Shown one piece after another: positions 37,264-45,799 of a stretch of 64,000 nt of DNA. Source of the DNA: Candidatus Hydrogenedentota bacterium (lineage in GTDB: Bacteria; Hydrogenedentota; Hydrogenedentia; Hydrogenedentales; JAJRTN01). Position 1 is the first letter of the stretch. Each line of letters opens with the position of its first letter. The notes beneath the pieces are model-generated. The model ran no database searches and was not told the DNA's origin. It saw only the letters and a program-made list of their open reading frames with translations. The stretch is taken from the NCBI GenBank assembly GCA_024278275.1, contig JAJRTN010000123.1, positions 508-64,507 on the forward strand. Direction: 5' to 3'. The position numbers were made by a program, and so were the translations under genes.

Positions 37264-38135
37264 GCGGGCACCTCCGCGCGCCGCACCCGTTGCGCGAGAA
37301 TAACGAGGCTGAGGGCGGACACGGCGGCAATGAGTCCGGCGGCCTGACCCCAGGGAACGTCAACGATGTGGAAGGTGATGCCGAAGAGTTCCTCCCCGAC
37401 CCGGTTGAGGGCAATGCCATAGTTGAGCACGAGAAACCCGGGGCGGCGCAGGGTTTCCGCCAGGATGCCGCTCATGGCGGAATCGGCGAGGAGCAGCATG
37501 AACACCATGATGCCCGCGTAGTTCTCGCTGCGAAGGAGGGAAGAACTGGCCAGCACGGCCAGCGCGCCCGGCACCACCATGATCAGGGAGAAGCCCAGGA
37601 TGGAGAAAGGCCACCACCAGGTGGCCTGGATGGTTTCCAGCCCCGGCATCATAAGGTTGTGGAGCAGGGTGAGAAAGATGGCCGGGACGGCCGTGAAGAC
37701 CAGGCCGATGAACACGAGGGTCATCAGCTTGCCCAGGGCGTAGTCGCGCCAGGTGAGGGGCTTGGAAAAATAGATTTCGGTCAGGTGGTTGCGCAGGTCG
37801 TTGCAGATCATGCCCGACCCCGCGAAAAGGAGACAGACAAAGACCAGCGGACCCTGGATGCGGATAAAATCGAAGAAGGTCTCATCATTGACCACCACGG
37901 CCGTCAGGCTGACAAGGAAGGGGCGGAGGGGGCTGTTGGGATCCTGCATGATGAAGTCGAAGGCCACCACTTGCAGGAGGCGGAGGAGGAAATGAATCAG
38001 TGTGCCCGAAAGGAAAAGGAGAAAAACCTTCGATTTCAGCAGCACGCGAATCTCTTGTTCGACAATGATGGCCCAGCGGAAGTGTCTTCGCGGATCACCG
38101 TCATAGTTACGGTACGTACGCCGGTAAATGGGCAT
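37260..38135 (-). CDS. ABC-2 type transporter permease
   Basis: 291 aa multi-TM protein located between the two ATPase genes. Confidence 0.65.
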   Translation of the reverse strand: MPIYRRTYRNYDGDPRRHFRWAIIVEQEIRVLLKSKVFLLFLSGTLIHFLLRLLQVVAFDFIMQDPNSPLRPFLVSLTAVVVNDETFFDFIRIQGPLVFVCLLFAGSGMICNDLRNHLTEIYFSKPLTWRDYALGKLMTLVFIGLVFTAVPAIFLTLLHNLMMPGLETIQATWWWPFSILGFSLIMVVPGALAVLASSSLLRSENYAGIMVFMLLLADSAMSGILAETLRRPGFLVLNYGIALNRVGEELFGITFHIVDVPWGQAAGLIAAVSALSLVILAQRVRRAEVPA

Positions 38136-38139
38136 GGTG

Positions 38140-39051
38140 TCAGTCCTCTAATGCTTTCAGGAACGCTTCGGCCAGGGAACCGCGCCGCGGCAGGAAATGG
38201 CGGATATGGGTGCCCTTGGCGCGGGCGATCTCGAAGAGGAAACGCGGGTCCTCCCCGTCGGAGGTGGTAATAACCAGGCTACCGTTTTGTTCGTCCCGCC
38301 ACGTGCAACCCGCCGCCTCGATCCCGGCGAGAAACGGACCCGGGTTATCCCGCACGCGCACTTCGTATTGCCCTTCCCGGGCCGCCGTGAGTTCGGCGAT
38401 GCTCCCGTCGCGGACGATGCGGCCCCGGTTGATGATGAGCACCCGCTCGCACACCTGCTGCACGTCGGGCAGGAGGTGGGACGATAGCAGGACGGTCACG
38501 CCCCGCCCGGCGGCCACCTGCCGGATGAGGGCCAGCATTTCCAGCCGTCCGTCGGGATCCAATCCGTTGGTCGGCTCGTCGAGGAGCAACAGCTTGGGAT
38601 CGTGGACCAATGCCTGGCCGAGCTTCACCCGCTGGAGCATGCCGGTCGAGTAGGTCTCCATCTTGCGGTAGCGGTTTTCGCCCAGGCCCACGTAATTGAG
38701 CACCTCGTGGGTGCGCTCCATGGCGTCCACGCGGGACATACCGAAAAGCCGTCCCACGTAGGTGAGGAATGAGACCGCGCTGACCTTCGGGCTGGTGGCC
38801 TCCTGCTCCGGCATGTAGCCCAATTGCTGGCGTACTTCCAGGGCGTGTTTCGGCATGTCCAACCCGAAGAGGCGCGCCGTGCCCCGGCCGGCGCGGTTGA
38901 AGCCCAGCAGCGTTTTCATGAGGGTGCTTTTTCCTGCGCCATTGGGTCCCAGCAGCCCCACCGCGCCGCCCTCGATGGCGCAACTCACGCCATCCAGCGC
39001 CTTGAGGTCGCCATAGGCCACCTCCAGGTCTTGCAGTTCAATCATGGCCAT
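38140..39051 (-). CDS. ABC transporter ATP-binding protein
   Basis: MAMIELQDLEVAYG.., Walker A GPNGAGKST, signature YSTGMLQR, Walker B LLLLDEP. I chose the ATG at 39051. The longest ORF starts at 39210. Confidence 0.9.
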   Translation of the reverse strand: MAMIELQDLEVAYGDLKALDGVSCAIEGGAVGLLGPNGAGKSTLMKTLLGFNRAGRGTARLFGLDMPKHALEVRQQLGYMPEQEATSPKVSAVSFLTYVGRLFGMSRVDAMERTHEVLNYVGLGENRYRKMETYSTGMLQRVKLGQALVHDPKLLLLDEPTNGLDPDGRLEMLALIRQVAAGRGVTVLLSSHLLPDVQQVCERVLIINRGRIVRDGSIAELTAAREGQYEVRVRDNPGPFLAGIEAAGCTWRDEQNGSLVITTSDGEDPRFLFEIARAKGTHIRHFLPRRGSLAEAFLKALED

Positions 39052-39315
39052 GGCGTTGTGTCCCCTGTCCCCACGGCCCTCCGTGGGAATGTAGGTCGCG
39101 TGCGTTCCGTCGTAACCGTTCACGGGAATCCGGTAGGGTCGCGCTCCCGCGCGACCGTAGGCGTCAAGTGCTTTGTGGTACCCAAGAGGTCTCTTTCGGG
39201 CATTGACCACACCCGGTCAGCGGACAAGCGGGAGCTTGTCCCTACCCTGTCCGCTTGAAGCCCGATATGACTACGCGCCAATACATGCTCTAATCAAATG
39301 TTTTTTTCCGCTCGC

Positions 39316-40884
39316 CTAATTACACGGCGGTGCCTCGATATCGACCACGGCCTCGCGGCCCACTTCCTCGCCGGTCACGGTGACCCGTGCGCTGTTGCGG
39401 TAGGTCAGTTGCATAAAGTTCATGCCCGGACCGCTGTAATACACGTCAAGCTGCCAGTCCCCCGGCGGAACGTCTTCAATGGTGAAGTTGCCGGTAGCGT
39501 CCAGGGCCGCGGTCACGCCGTCGCTCAACTGGACCACCTCGATGACGCCGCACCGCGGCACGAGGGGCGCGCCGGGACGCCGCAATACCACGGCGCCCCC
39601 CACGAGGGGGTTCACCGGGGGGGGCGTGCAACGGCCCGTGAGCCGGATTCCCGTCATGGCGCCGAAGTCATGGCGCGTGGTCCGGCCCGATTCGATCTCG
39701 ATGGCGGCCGTTTGGAGACCGGTCATATTGCCCAGGCCCATGAGCCCGGAAATGTCGGACATGCCCGAGGGCATCACCACGGCCTGGATGAGACCGGGCG
39801 GGAGTTCGTCCATCTCGTACCATCCCGAGGCGTTTGCCGTGGCGGTCTTGGGCTGACCCTTGGCCATGACCACGACCAGCGCGTTCGGAACCGGCGCGCC
39901 GTCCTTGAAGACATAGCCCTCCAGCCCCCCGCCCGTACCCAGCACGAGGTCGATACCGCCGACCTCCCCTCCCGCGACCAACTCGACGGGGCCGCTTTCC
40001 GCCGCCGCATAGGACGGATGGCGGGCGATCACGTTGTAGGTGCCCGGCGGCTGGTTCTCGAAGAGAAACGCCCCGTCCTCGCCGACCGTTTGCGTCGTGT
40101 TGTTGTCCGCGGCGAAAGCCAGTTGAATGACTTCCTGGGCCGACGTGCCTGCTTCGGTGAGAAAGATCCGCGCCCCCTGCGGACTGGAGCCGTCGGCAAC
40201 GCGCACGTGGCCGCTCAACCGGCCGCCTTTCCGCGTGACATAGAGGGTAATCCCGTCGATGACTTCGCCCGGTTCCACGTTTACTTCGGTCCGGCCCGGG
40301 GTGAGTTCCCGGGACATTGCCTCCAGACGGTAGTACCCGCCGGACAGGGTCAACTCTAAATGCCCGTCGGGATAGTTGAAGGAGCCCGACGCCCCGCCCT
40401 GGTTATCGCTGAAAAGGAGTGCCGACACCGTGCCCTGTTGCGTGATCGGCGTGGCACGGACCGTGTAGTAATCGGGAGGACGGTTGGTTTCTTTCACCAG
40501 TACCACGCCGCGAACCACGGATCCGGGGCTCATGGTAATGGTGTTCTCCCTGTCGATGAGAACCCGGTCCATGCGCTGCGTGGCGTAGCCGTCCAGGCGC
40601 GCGATGATTTGGTACACGCCCACTTCCACCCCGTCGAACAGGAACCGGCCGGCGCCGTCGGACGTGGTGGATCGTTCGGTGCTGTTCAGGCTCTCCGTGC
40701 TGAGCCCCTGGAGCGACAGGTTGACACCGCCCAGCCCGTTGCCCGCCAGGTCCACCACCGTGCCGAAGATCTCGTGCTCGCCTTCCTCCACGCCTTGCAG
40801 CACCATGTGAATGTTCTTGATATCGTTGTAGCCGTCGGGGAAAACGGGCCGGCCCATGGCGGAGTACTTGTACCCCTGTTTCAT
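39316..40884 (-). CDS. CarboxypepD_reg-like repeat protein; C-terminal portion of a reading frame interrupted at 40975-40977
   Basis: Repeated modules of the form G.V.D..G.p..ga.v.......tTd.dG.F....v..G.Y.v.a...GY. The same frame stays open upstream to 40974 and continues a domain begun in the upstream ORF (see findings). Confidence 0.7.
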   Translation of the reverse strand: MKQGYKYSAMGRPVFPDGYNDIKNIHMVLQGVEEGEHEIFGTVVDLAGNGLGGVNLSLQGLSTESLNSTERSTTSDGAGRFLFDGVEVGVYQIIARLDGYATQRMDRVLIDRENTITMSPGSVVRGVVLVKETNRPPDYYTVRATPITQQGTVSALLFSDNQGGASGSFNYPDGHLELTLSGGYYRLEAMSRELTPGRTEVNVEPGEVIDGITLYVTRKGGRLSGHVRVADGSSPQGARIFLTEAGTSAQEVIQLAFAADNNTTQTVGEDGAFLFENQPPGTYNVIARHPSYAAAESGPVELVAGGEVGGIDLVLGTGGGLEGYVFKDGAPVPNALVVVMAKGQPKTATANASGWYEMDELPPGLIQAVVMPSGMSDISGLMGLGNMTGLQTAAIEIESGRTTRHDFGAMTGIRLTGRCTPPPVNPLVGGAVVLRRPGAPLVPRCGVIEVVQLSDGVTAALDATGNFTIEDVPPGDWQLDVYYSGPGMNFMQLTYRNSARVTVTGEEVGREAVVDIEAPPCN

Positions 40885-40974
40885 GGCGAAGATCTGGTAA
40901 TTCCCTGCGGGTACCTGGGTGATGACGAAGTTGCCTTCCTCGTCCGAATTGTCTTCGCGGAAGGCATGAGGCTT

Positions 40975-42315
40975 TTACATCGGGGCGAGCAGTTTGCCAA
41001 TGGTTGGAACGCAGATGACCTCCGCCCCGGCCACGGGATCGCCGTGGGTGTCGGTCACGTAACCGTATATGTCGGTGCCGGTGAACATGAACACATCGAC
41101 CCGGGCCGACCGATGGCTTTGGGTCAGGATAAAGGACTCGCTCAACTGGGGCGGGAAGTCGTCCGTCGTCACATAGACGTTCCACTCCTTGTTGAGGGGC
41201 ACGCCCACCAGCTCGTAGTAGCCGTCATCGCCGCGGCTCCTGGCATGGACGGGCGGCGCCTGCTTGATGGCGGCCTGCATGAACTGGGTCAAGAGGCTCT
41301 CGGAGGTACACAGGATAACATCCGACCCGACGGGGGCTTGGTCCGGCGTCGTGACATAGCCCCAGACAACCCCCGCGGCCTCGACGCTGAAGTTAATGTT
41401 GGTGACGTGCTGCCTGGGACTCGTCACCTTGACGCGCCGGTAGGGAAGCACTTTCCCCGGCCCGTAGGGCACATCGGACAGGTCCAGGGAAATCTCGTAT
41501 TCGCCGGGTTCCAGCCCGTAAAGGGTGTAATACCCGTCTTCGTCCGTAGAGACCGATATATAGTCGAATCGGGACGCACTTTGTACCAGGCGACGTTCGA
41601 CGGATACGCCGGCGGCGCCACGGGAGGTACCCGCCTCCGTTACCCGGCCGGCAATGGAGGCGCCACGGCTCAGCCGGATTTCAACGGTTGTTTTCGGTGC
41701 CTCTTTCGACAGGCCGATCACAAGCGGTGTAAAAGGAACGTACCCACTATCCACGATCTTGATGTTGTATTGACCCGCGCCGGGTGTTTCAATGGAGAAG
41801 CGCCCCTCTTCGTCGGAAGTTGCGTCGGCTTCGTATTGGAAATGCTCTTCTTCCCGATACAGTGCCTCAAGGACCGCTGTATCGCGGTCTTTGGAGGCCA
41901 GGGCGGCCTGCTCTCGTGCCGTCCAGTCCTTTTTCGCCGCGTCGGGCCAGATGCGGCGCACGACAACCGTTATCCTGGACACGGCCTTCCCGGTTTCTTC
42001 CTCCACCACGCGCCCGGCGATGACAAACCCGGGCATGACCGGACGCTTGCCGGGTTCGCCGGTTTCGGGCGCGGGGGTGGGGGGCCGCGGGACCGTGGAC
42101 GGCTCGGAAAGTACTTCGGGAGGCCCGGCCCCGGATCCTGAATTAACCGGTTCCGCGTTGGGGCGCTCCGCGTAGGTGAGTACGGAGTTCGGTGGAGCCA
42201 GGGGCTTATCGGGCGCCAGGATCAGGGCCAGTACAATGACCATCACCAGCAGCATGACCACCGCACCAGTGATTTGCAGGGTGGAGATGGATGATGTACT
42301 GCGGTGGCGGCCCAT
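40975..42315 (-). CDS. membrane-anchored CarboxypepD_reg-like repeat protein; N-terminal portion, ending at an in-frame TAA
   Basis: N-terminal TM anchor ITGAVVMLLVMVIVLALIL, a Pro-rich linker, then several CarboxypepD_reg-like modules. It ends ..IYGYVTDTHGDPVAGAEVICVPTIGKLLAPM* in mid-domain. Confidence 0.7.
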   Translation of the reverse strand: MGRHRSTSSISTLQITGAVVMLLVMVIVLALILAPDKPLAPPNSVLTYAERPNAEPVNSGSGAGPPEVLSEPSTVPRPPTPAPETGEPGKRPVMPGFVIAGRVVEEETGKAVSRITVVVRRIWPDAAKKDWTAREQAALASKDRDTAVLEALYREEEHFQYEADATSDEEGRFSIETPGAGQYNIKIVDSGYVPFTPLVIGLSKEAPKTTVEIRLSRGASIAGRVTEAGTSRGAAGVSVERRLVQSASRFDYISVSTDEDGYYTLYGLEPGEYEISLDLSDVPYGPGKVLPYRRVKVTSPRQHVTNINFSVEAAGVVWGYVTTPDQAPVGSDVILCTSESLLTQFMQAAIKQAPPVHARSRGDDGYYELVGVPLNKEWNVYVTTDDFPPQLSESFILTQSHRSARVDVFMFTGTDIYGYVTDTHGDPVAGAEVICVPTIGKLLAPM

Positions 42316-42484
42316 TATGATGCTATTCCCTCACCCTGCAACATTTGTCCCGTTCCCGACGGAACGAGGATGTCATTCCCAAAAGGCGGGCCAGGGCCCA
42401 CCCTGCCTGGCCCGGATACTTCACCAGCCCCTTGACCCGACCCCCTCTTCACACACGCACAACATAGTTGGTGAAATGTCCGGG

Positions 42485-42901
42485 CTAATCGCGGTGCACA
42501 CGGCCACCGCTTCGCACAGAAGGCTCCCCTCGTTTGTCCCACCACCATGCCAGGATCAGGATGGCGGCGCAAGTGGCCGGCAGGGCGCTCATAAGCAGCA
42601 TGTGATTGCCCTGGTAGGCCGACCAGGCCATCCGCAGGGAGGCCAGGTAGTAGTCCAGGTGCCCGAGAAAGCCCGGCGGGATGTATCGATCCACATCGTT
42701 CATGTCCGTCCGGGACACGGCAAAAACAGCCACGGCCGCCACCAGGACAACCGAGAGGGCGAAAATCGCGGCGGCGTGACGGAGCTGGCGTGCCAGGCGG
42801 TCCTGGTGTGATGCGATATACACCCGCATGGTCACCCGCCGATGAAGACCTTCCGGCACGGGACGCAAGGGGGCCGCGACGCCATGGAACTCCTCAGCCA
42901 T
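42485..42901 (-). CDS. putative anti-sigma factor / membrane protein
   Basis: Small protein with 2 TM segments whose start overlaps the ECF sigma stop by 8 nt. The call rests on position only, since no zinc-finger anti-sigma motif is present. Confidence 0.35.
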   Translation of the reverse strand: MAEEFHGVAAPLRPVPEGLHRRVTMRVYIASHQDRLARQLRHAAAIFALSVVLVAAVAVFAVSRTDMNDVDRYIPPGFLGHLDYYLASLRMAWSAYQGNHMLLMSALPATCAAILILAWWWDKRGEPSVRSGGRVHRD

Positions 42902-43511
42902 CCGTACACAGCTCCTTTTCCATCCGTTTGCGCAGTTGTTTTCGAGCGCGGAACATCCAGGTTTTGAGTGTCCCGGCGGGCACGCCGAGGTCATTCGCGA
43001 TTTCCCGATAAGATCGCTCCTTCAAATAATACTGCGTGATGATGTTGGCGTAGCGCCCCGGCAGGCTTTCCACGCACCGGCGAACGATTTCGGGCATGTC
43101 GTCGGCGCCCGCGGGTGGAACCGTTGGAAGATCCGGGCTTCCCTCGACAAGATGGACCTCCCGGCGTCTCTTGCGCCGGTTCAGCTCCGTGAGGCAGACC
43201 GTGCAGGTGACGCGGTAGAGCCACGTGGAGAACTTGCTGTCGCCCCGGAAACTCTTGAGCAGACGGAAGGCCTTGATGAAGGCCTCCTGGGCCATGTCTT
43301 CCGCCGCCGCGCCGTCCCGCATGAAGCGGTAGGCCACGTTGTACACAATGGTTTCGTGGCGTCGTGCCAACTCGGAGAACGCCTCTGTCTCACCGTCGAG
43401 GGTCAATCGGACCAGGTCCATGTCATCCAGCGCCGCATGGGGGCGTGTCGGCGCGGGCCCCGCTGCCGCCGCCGTGCCCGGGGCCGGGATCGATTCGGTC
43501 GTGTCAGTCAT
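42894..43511 (-). CDS. RNA polymerase ECF-type sigma-70 factor
   Basis: Region 2 (FSELARRHETIVYNVAYRFMRDGAAAEDMAQEAFIKAF..FRGDSKFSTWLYRV) and region 4 (YREIANDLGVPAGTLKTWMFRARKQL). Confidence 0.9.
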   Translation of the reverse strand: MTDTTESIPAPGTAAAAGPAPTRPHAALDDMDLVRLTLDGETEAFSELARRHETIVYNVAYRFMRDGAAAEDMAQEAFIKAFRLLKSFRGDSKFSTWLYRVTCTVCLTELNRRKRRREVHLVEGSPDLPTVPPAGADDMPEIVRRCVESLPGRYANIITQYYLKERSYREIANDLGVPAGTLKTWMFRARKQLRKRMEKELCTDG

Positions 43512-44434
43512 AAAGCGCTCCTTGTGAGCCAGATGTTGCCGTTCAGCGAATGGAGCGACAAGGCCGTACCCCCTTCGCCAATCGTGCCGCGGAGACTGCG
43601 GCGTTTCACGGATGCTCCATTATTCACCAACGTGAAGTCGGAGCGTACTACACCGCGCAAGGTGGTTGCATTCACTTTCGCGGAGCAATCCGCGGGCATG
43701 GCCAGTGTAACGCCCCCGTTGGTGGCATTCAAATCACATGCTAACACCTTGTCGCTCAACAGGTTGGCAACGATCTGCCCGTTGGTCGTGGTCGCTTTGA
43801 GCGATCCGCCTGATATATGAACGTAAATGCTGCCGTTAATGGTGACCAGGGAGGCATCGACGGGCGCGTCGTACAGGCGAATACGCCCGTTGGTGGTTTT
43901 CACCGTCACCGTTCCCCGGGGAGCGCTGATACGGACATCCGTGTTGCCGCCCCGTACCGTCACCTGGCCCGCGCCTTCGCCCACCTCCACATTACCATTG
44001 ATCCCTTCAATCAGCACATCGGTTCCTTCGGGCATGCGAATGGCGTAATCCACGCGAAGATCCACGGCGTCCGGCCGTTGCCCGGGTTCCGTTCGCAGGA
44101 TCAGCGTATCGCCACGCCGCTCCTCCACCAGCAGGGTCTTGAGGTACGCCCGGGCGGTCTCGCGCATATCACGGCTTGGTACATAGGCACGAATATCGGC
44201 TACCACCTGCACCGTATCCCCGGGAACCGTCATGGTTCGGACCGTGCCATCCGCGTTATTCACATGCAGACGCCGGGTTGCCGGAAAAGTGAAGGTGCGA
44301 CTCGAACGAACCAGGGGACGGCAGATCTCGCGCGGCAGGTAGGGCGCCAGGAACCCCACCGTGAAGCACTGGATGGACGCCGCAATGGCGGCGGCAAGAA
44401 TGACGCTGCGCAGAATCATGCCTTGATAGTACAC
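43508..44434 (-). CDS. DUF4097-like beta-strand repeat protein (putative adhesin fold) with N-terminal TM segment
   Basis: Repeated ..INGNVEV..GQVTVRGGNTDVRIS..GTVTVKTTNGRIRL..TINGSIYVHISGGSLKATTTNGQI.. pattern. Its stop overlaps the sigma start (ATGA). The start is either the GTG at 44434 or the ATG at 44419. Confidence 0.6.
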   Translation of the reverse strand: MYYQGMILRSVILAAAIAASIQCFTVGFLAPYLPREICRPLVRSSRTFTFPATRRLHVNNADGTVRTMTVPGDTVQVVADIRAYVPSRDMRETARAYLKTLLVEERRGDTLILRTEPGQRPDAVDLRVDYAIRMPEGTDVLIEGINGNVEVGEGAGQVTVRGGNTDVRISAPRGTVTVKTTNGRIRLYDAPVDASLVTINGSIYVHISGGSLKATTTNGQIVANLLSDKVLACDLNATNGGVTLAMPADCSAKVNATTLRGVVRSDFTLVNNGASVKRRSLRGTIGEGGTALSLHSLNGNIWLTRSAL

Positions 44435-44636
44435 TTTCCATCGGCAGACGTTTCCGCCGGTTGCTCAAGAAACCGGTCTTCGTGAACCACTCTCGCGGCT
44501 AAGCCCGTGAACCGCCATGTCTTTTTGACCGGGTGGCGGTAGGGGCGGGTTTCAGGAACACACGCCGCGGGGCAGGCGGTTCCCATGACACCATGAGGGC
44601 CGGAACCACGGTCTTATCGCAAATGGAAGGCGTCTC

Positions 44637-45056
44637 ATGGTTTCACTGATTCTCATTTTGCCCGCCCTGCTCGTATTCCTCGTGGTGGGCTACCTCATCC
44701 TGCGGGCCCTGGTCCGGGCCTTCTTGGAGTACCGGGTCAAAATCTCCCTGCTGCGGCGGTTGGAACGCAAGCCGGAGTTGTTGGGGTCCCTGGAAGACCT
44801 GAACGCCTTGGTGGAAGCCGACGTGGAAATGCACCCCCGCCGTTCTCATCTGGATTGGAGTGTCACGGGGGCGGCCCTGGCGGTGATGGGCCTGGCCTGC
44901 GCCTTTGCCGCCCAACGCTATGGCGCGGGGCAATGGGCGGTGGGCGCCTATTTAGGCGGCGTGGCCTCGGTGGTGTTGGGGGCGTTGTTGGCCCTGGCGG
45001 GACTGGTGGTGCGCCTGCTCGGCCGGTCCGCACGAGGCCTTCGCGGCGGCGAATGA
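44637..45056 (+). CDS. hypothetical membrane protein
   Basis: 139 aa with an N-terminal TM segment (LILILPALLVFLVVGYLIL), an amphipathic middle and two C-terminal TM segments. I recognise no family. Confidence 0.45.
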   Translation: MVSLILILPALLVFLVVGYLILRALVRAFLEYRVKISLLRRLERKPELLGSLEDLNALVEADVEMHPRRSHLDWSVTGAALAVMGLACAFAAQRYGAGQWAVGAYLGGVASVVLGALLALAGLVVRLLGRSARGLRGGE

Positions 45057-45179
45057 AATCGGCGGCGCTGATTCGCCCCATTGGACATGGCGCAACTTCC
45101 GTCGGCCATGTTGTCGTGAATGGTTTCAACAAACAGAATCGGACCCGGCCACACCGGCCGGGCCCGATTCCCTTCGGTC

Positions 45180-45551
45180 TCAATGAATCAGGTTGGGAGG
45201 GCGGGCCGGTTTCGGCCCGAGGTGATAAACGCGCACATTGAGAAGCCCATCGTTTCGCGACAGGGAAAGGGCCTCCATGGCGGCTTCGGAAAGGTCGATG
45301 ACACGGTTCTTGATATAGGGACCGCGGTCATTGAGCTTGCAGACCACCGACTTGCCCGTCTCCGAAACGACCAGGTAGTAGTCGCCAAACACGCCATCGA
45401 GCATGGCGCAGGTCATCAGGTCGTCCCGCATGGGTTCGCCCGAGGCCGTCAAGTGACTGCTGCTGGCGACGGTGTAGTACGAGGCCACCCCTTCGGCAAC
45501 GGGCTGCAGGGGCTGCTGGGCCAGCAGCACCAGTGCAAGAATCTCCAACAT
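45180..45551 (-). CDS. RlpA-like double-psi beta-barrel (DPBB) lipoprotein/lytic transglycosylase-like protein
   Basis: GVASYYTV.....TASGEPMRDDLMTCA....FGDYYLVVSETGKSVVCKLNDRGPYIKNRVIDLSEAAMEAL is the RlpA/DPBB_1 pattern. A signal-like N-terminus follows the ATG at 45551. Confidence 0.7.
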   Translation of the reverse strand: MLEILALVLLAQQPLQPVAEGVASYYTVASSSHLTASGEPMRDDLMTCAMLDGVFGDYYLVVSETGKSVVCKLNDRGPYIKNRVIDLSEAAMEALSLSRNDGLLNVRVYHLGPKPARPPNLIH

Positions 45552-45799
45552 TACGGCTTCTTGGCCTCCTCCCCCGTTCCACGCTTCGTCCACCTGCCAT
45601 GGGGCATCGGGGACTTCGCGTCACCACGCCTCGGGGAGACCACGGGTCTCACGCCCTGTGCGGGGGTGCCGGGGCCACGCCCGCCCCGGAAACGGTGGAA
45701 AACAGTAGCTTTAGCGTTTATAACAGCATTGGGCAAGTATTTATTCGCCGTAGCGCGCTGGAATCAACGCTTTGATAAATACGCTCGCTGCCACGGTAG

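Noticed and set aside
44435-44560. An ECF-type promoter (GGAAC-N16/17-CGTC-like) upstream of the DUF4097/sigma operon.
   Set aside because: I could not find a convincingly spaced -35/-10 pair by eye. Only isolated AAC and CGTCT fragments are present.
45735-45790. An AT-rich 8-bp inverted repeat, gtatttat ... ataaatac, between cinA and the rlpA-like gene, as an operator.
   Set aside because: It is a single short inverted repeat with a roughly 33-nt spacer in a promoter-like AT-rich patch. That is too little evidence to call a specific site.
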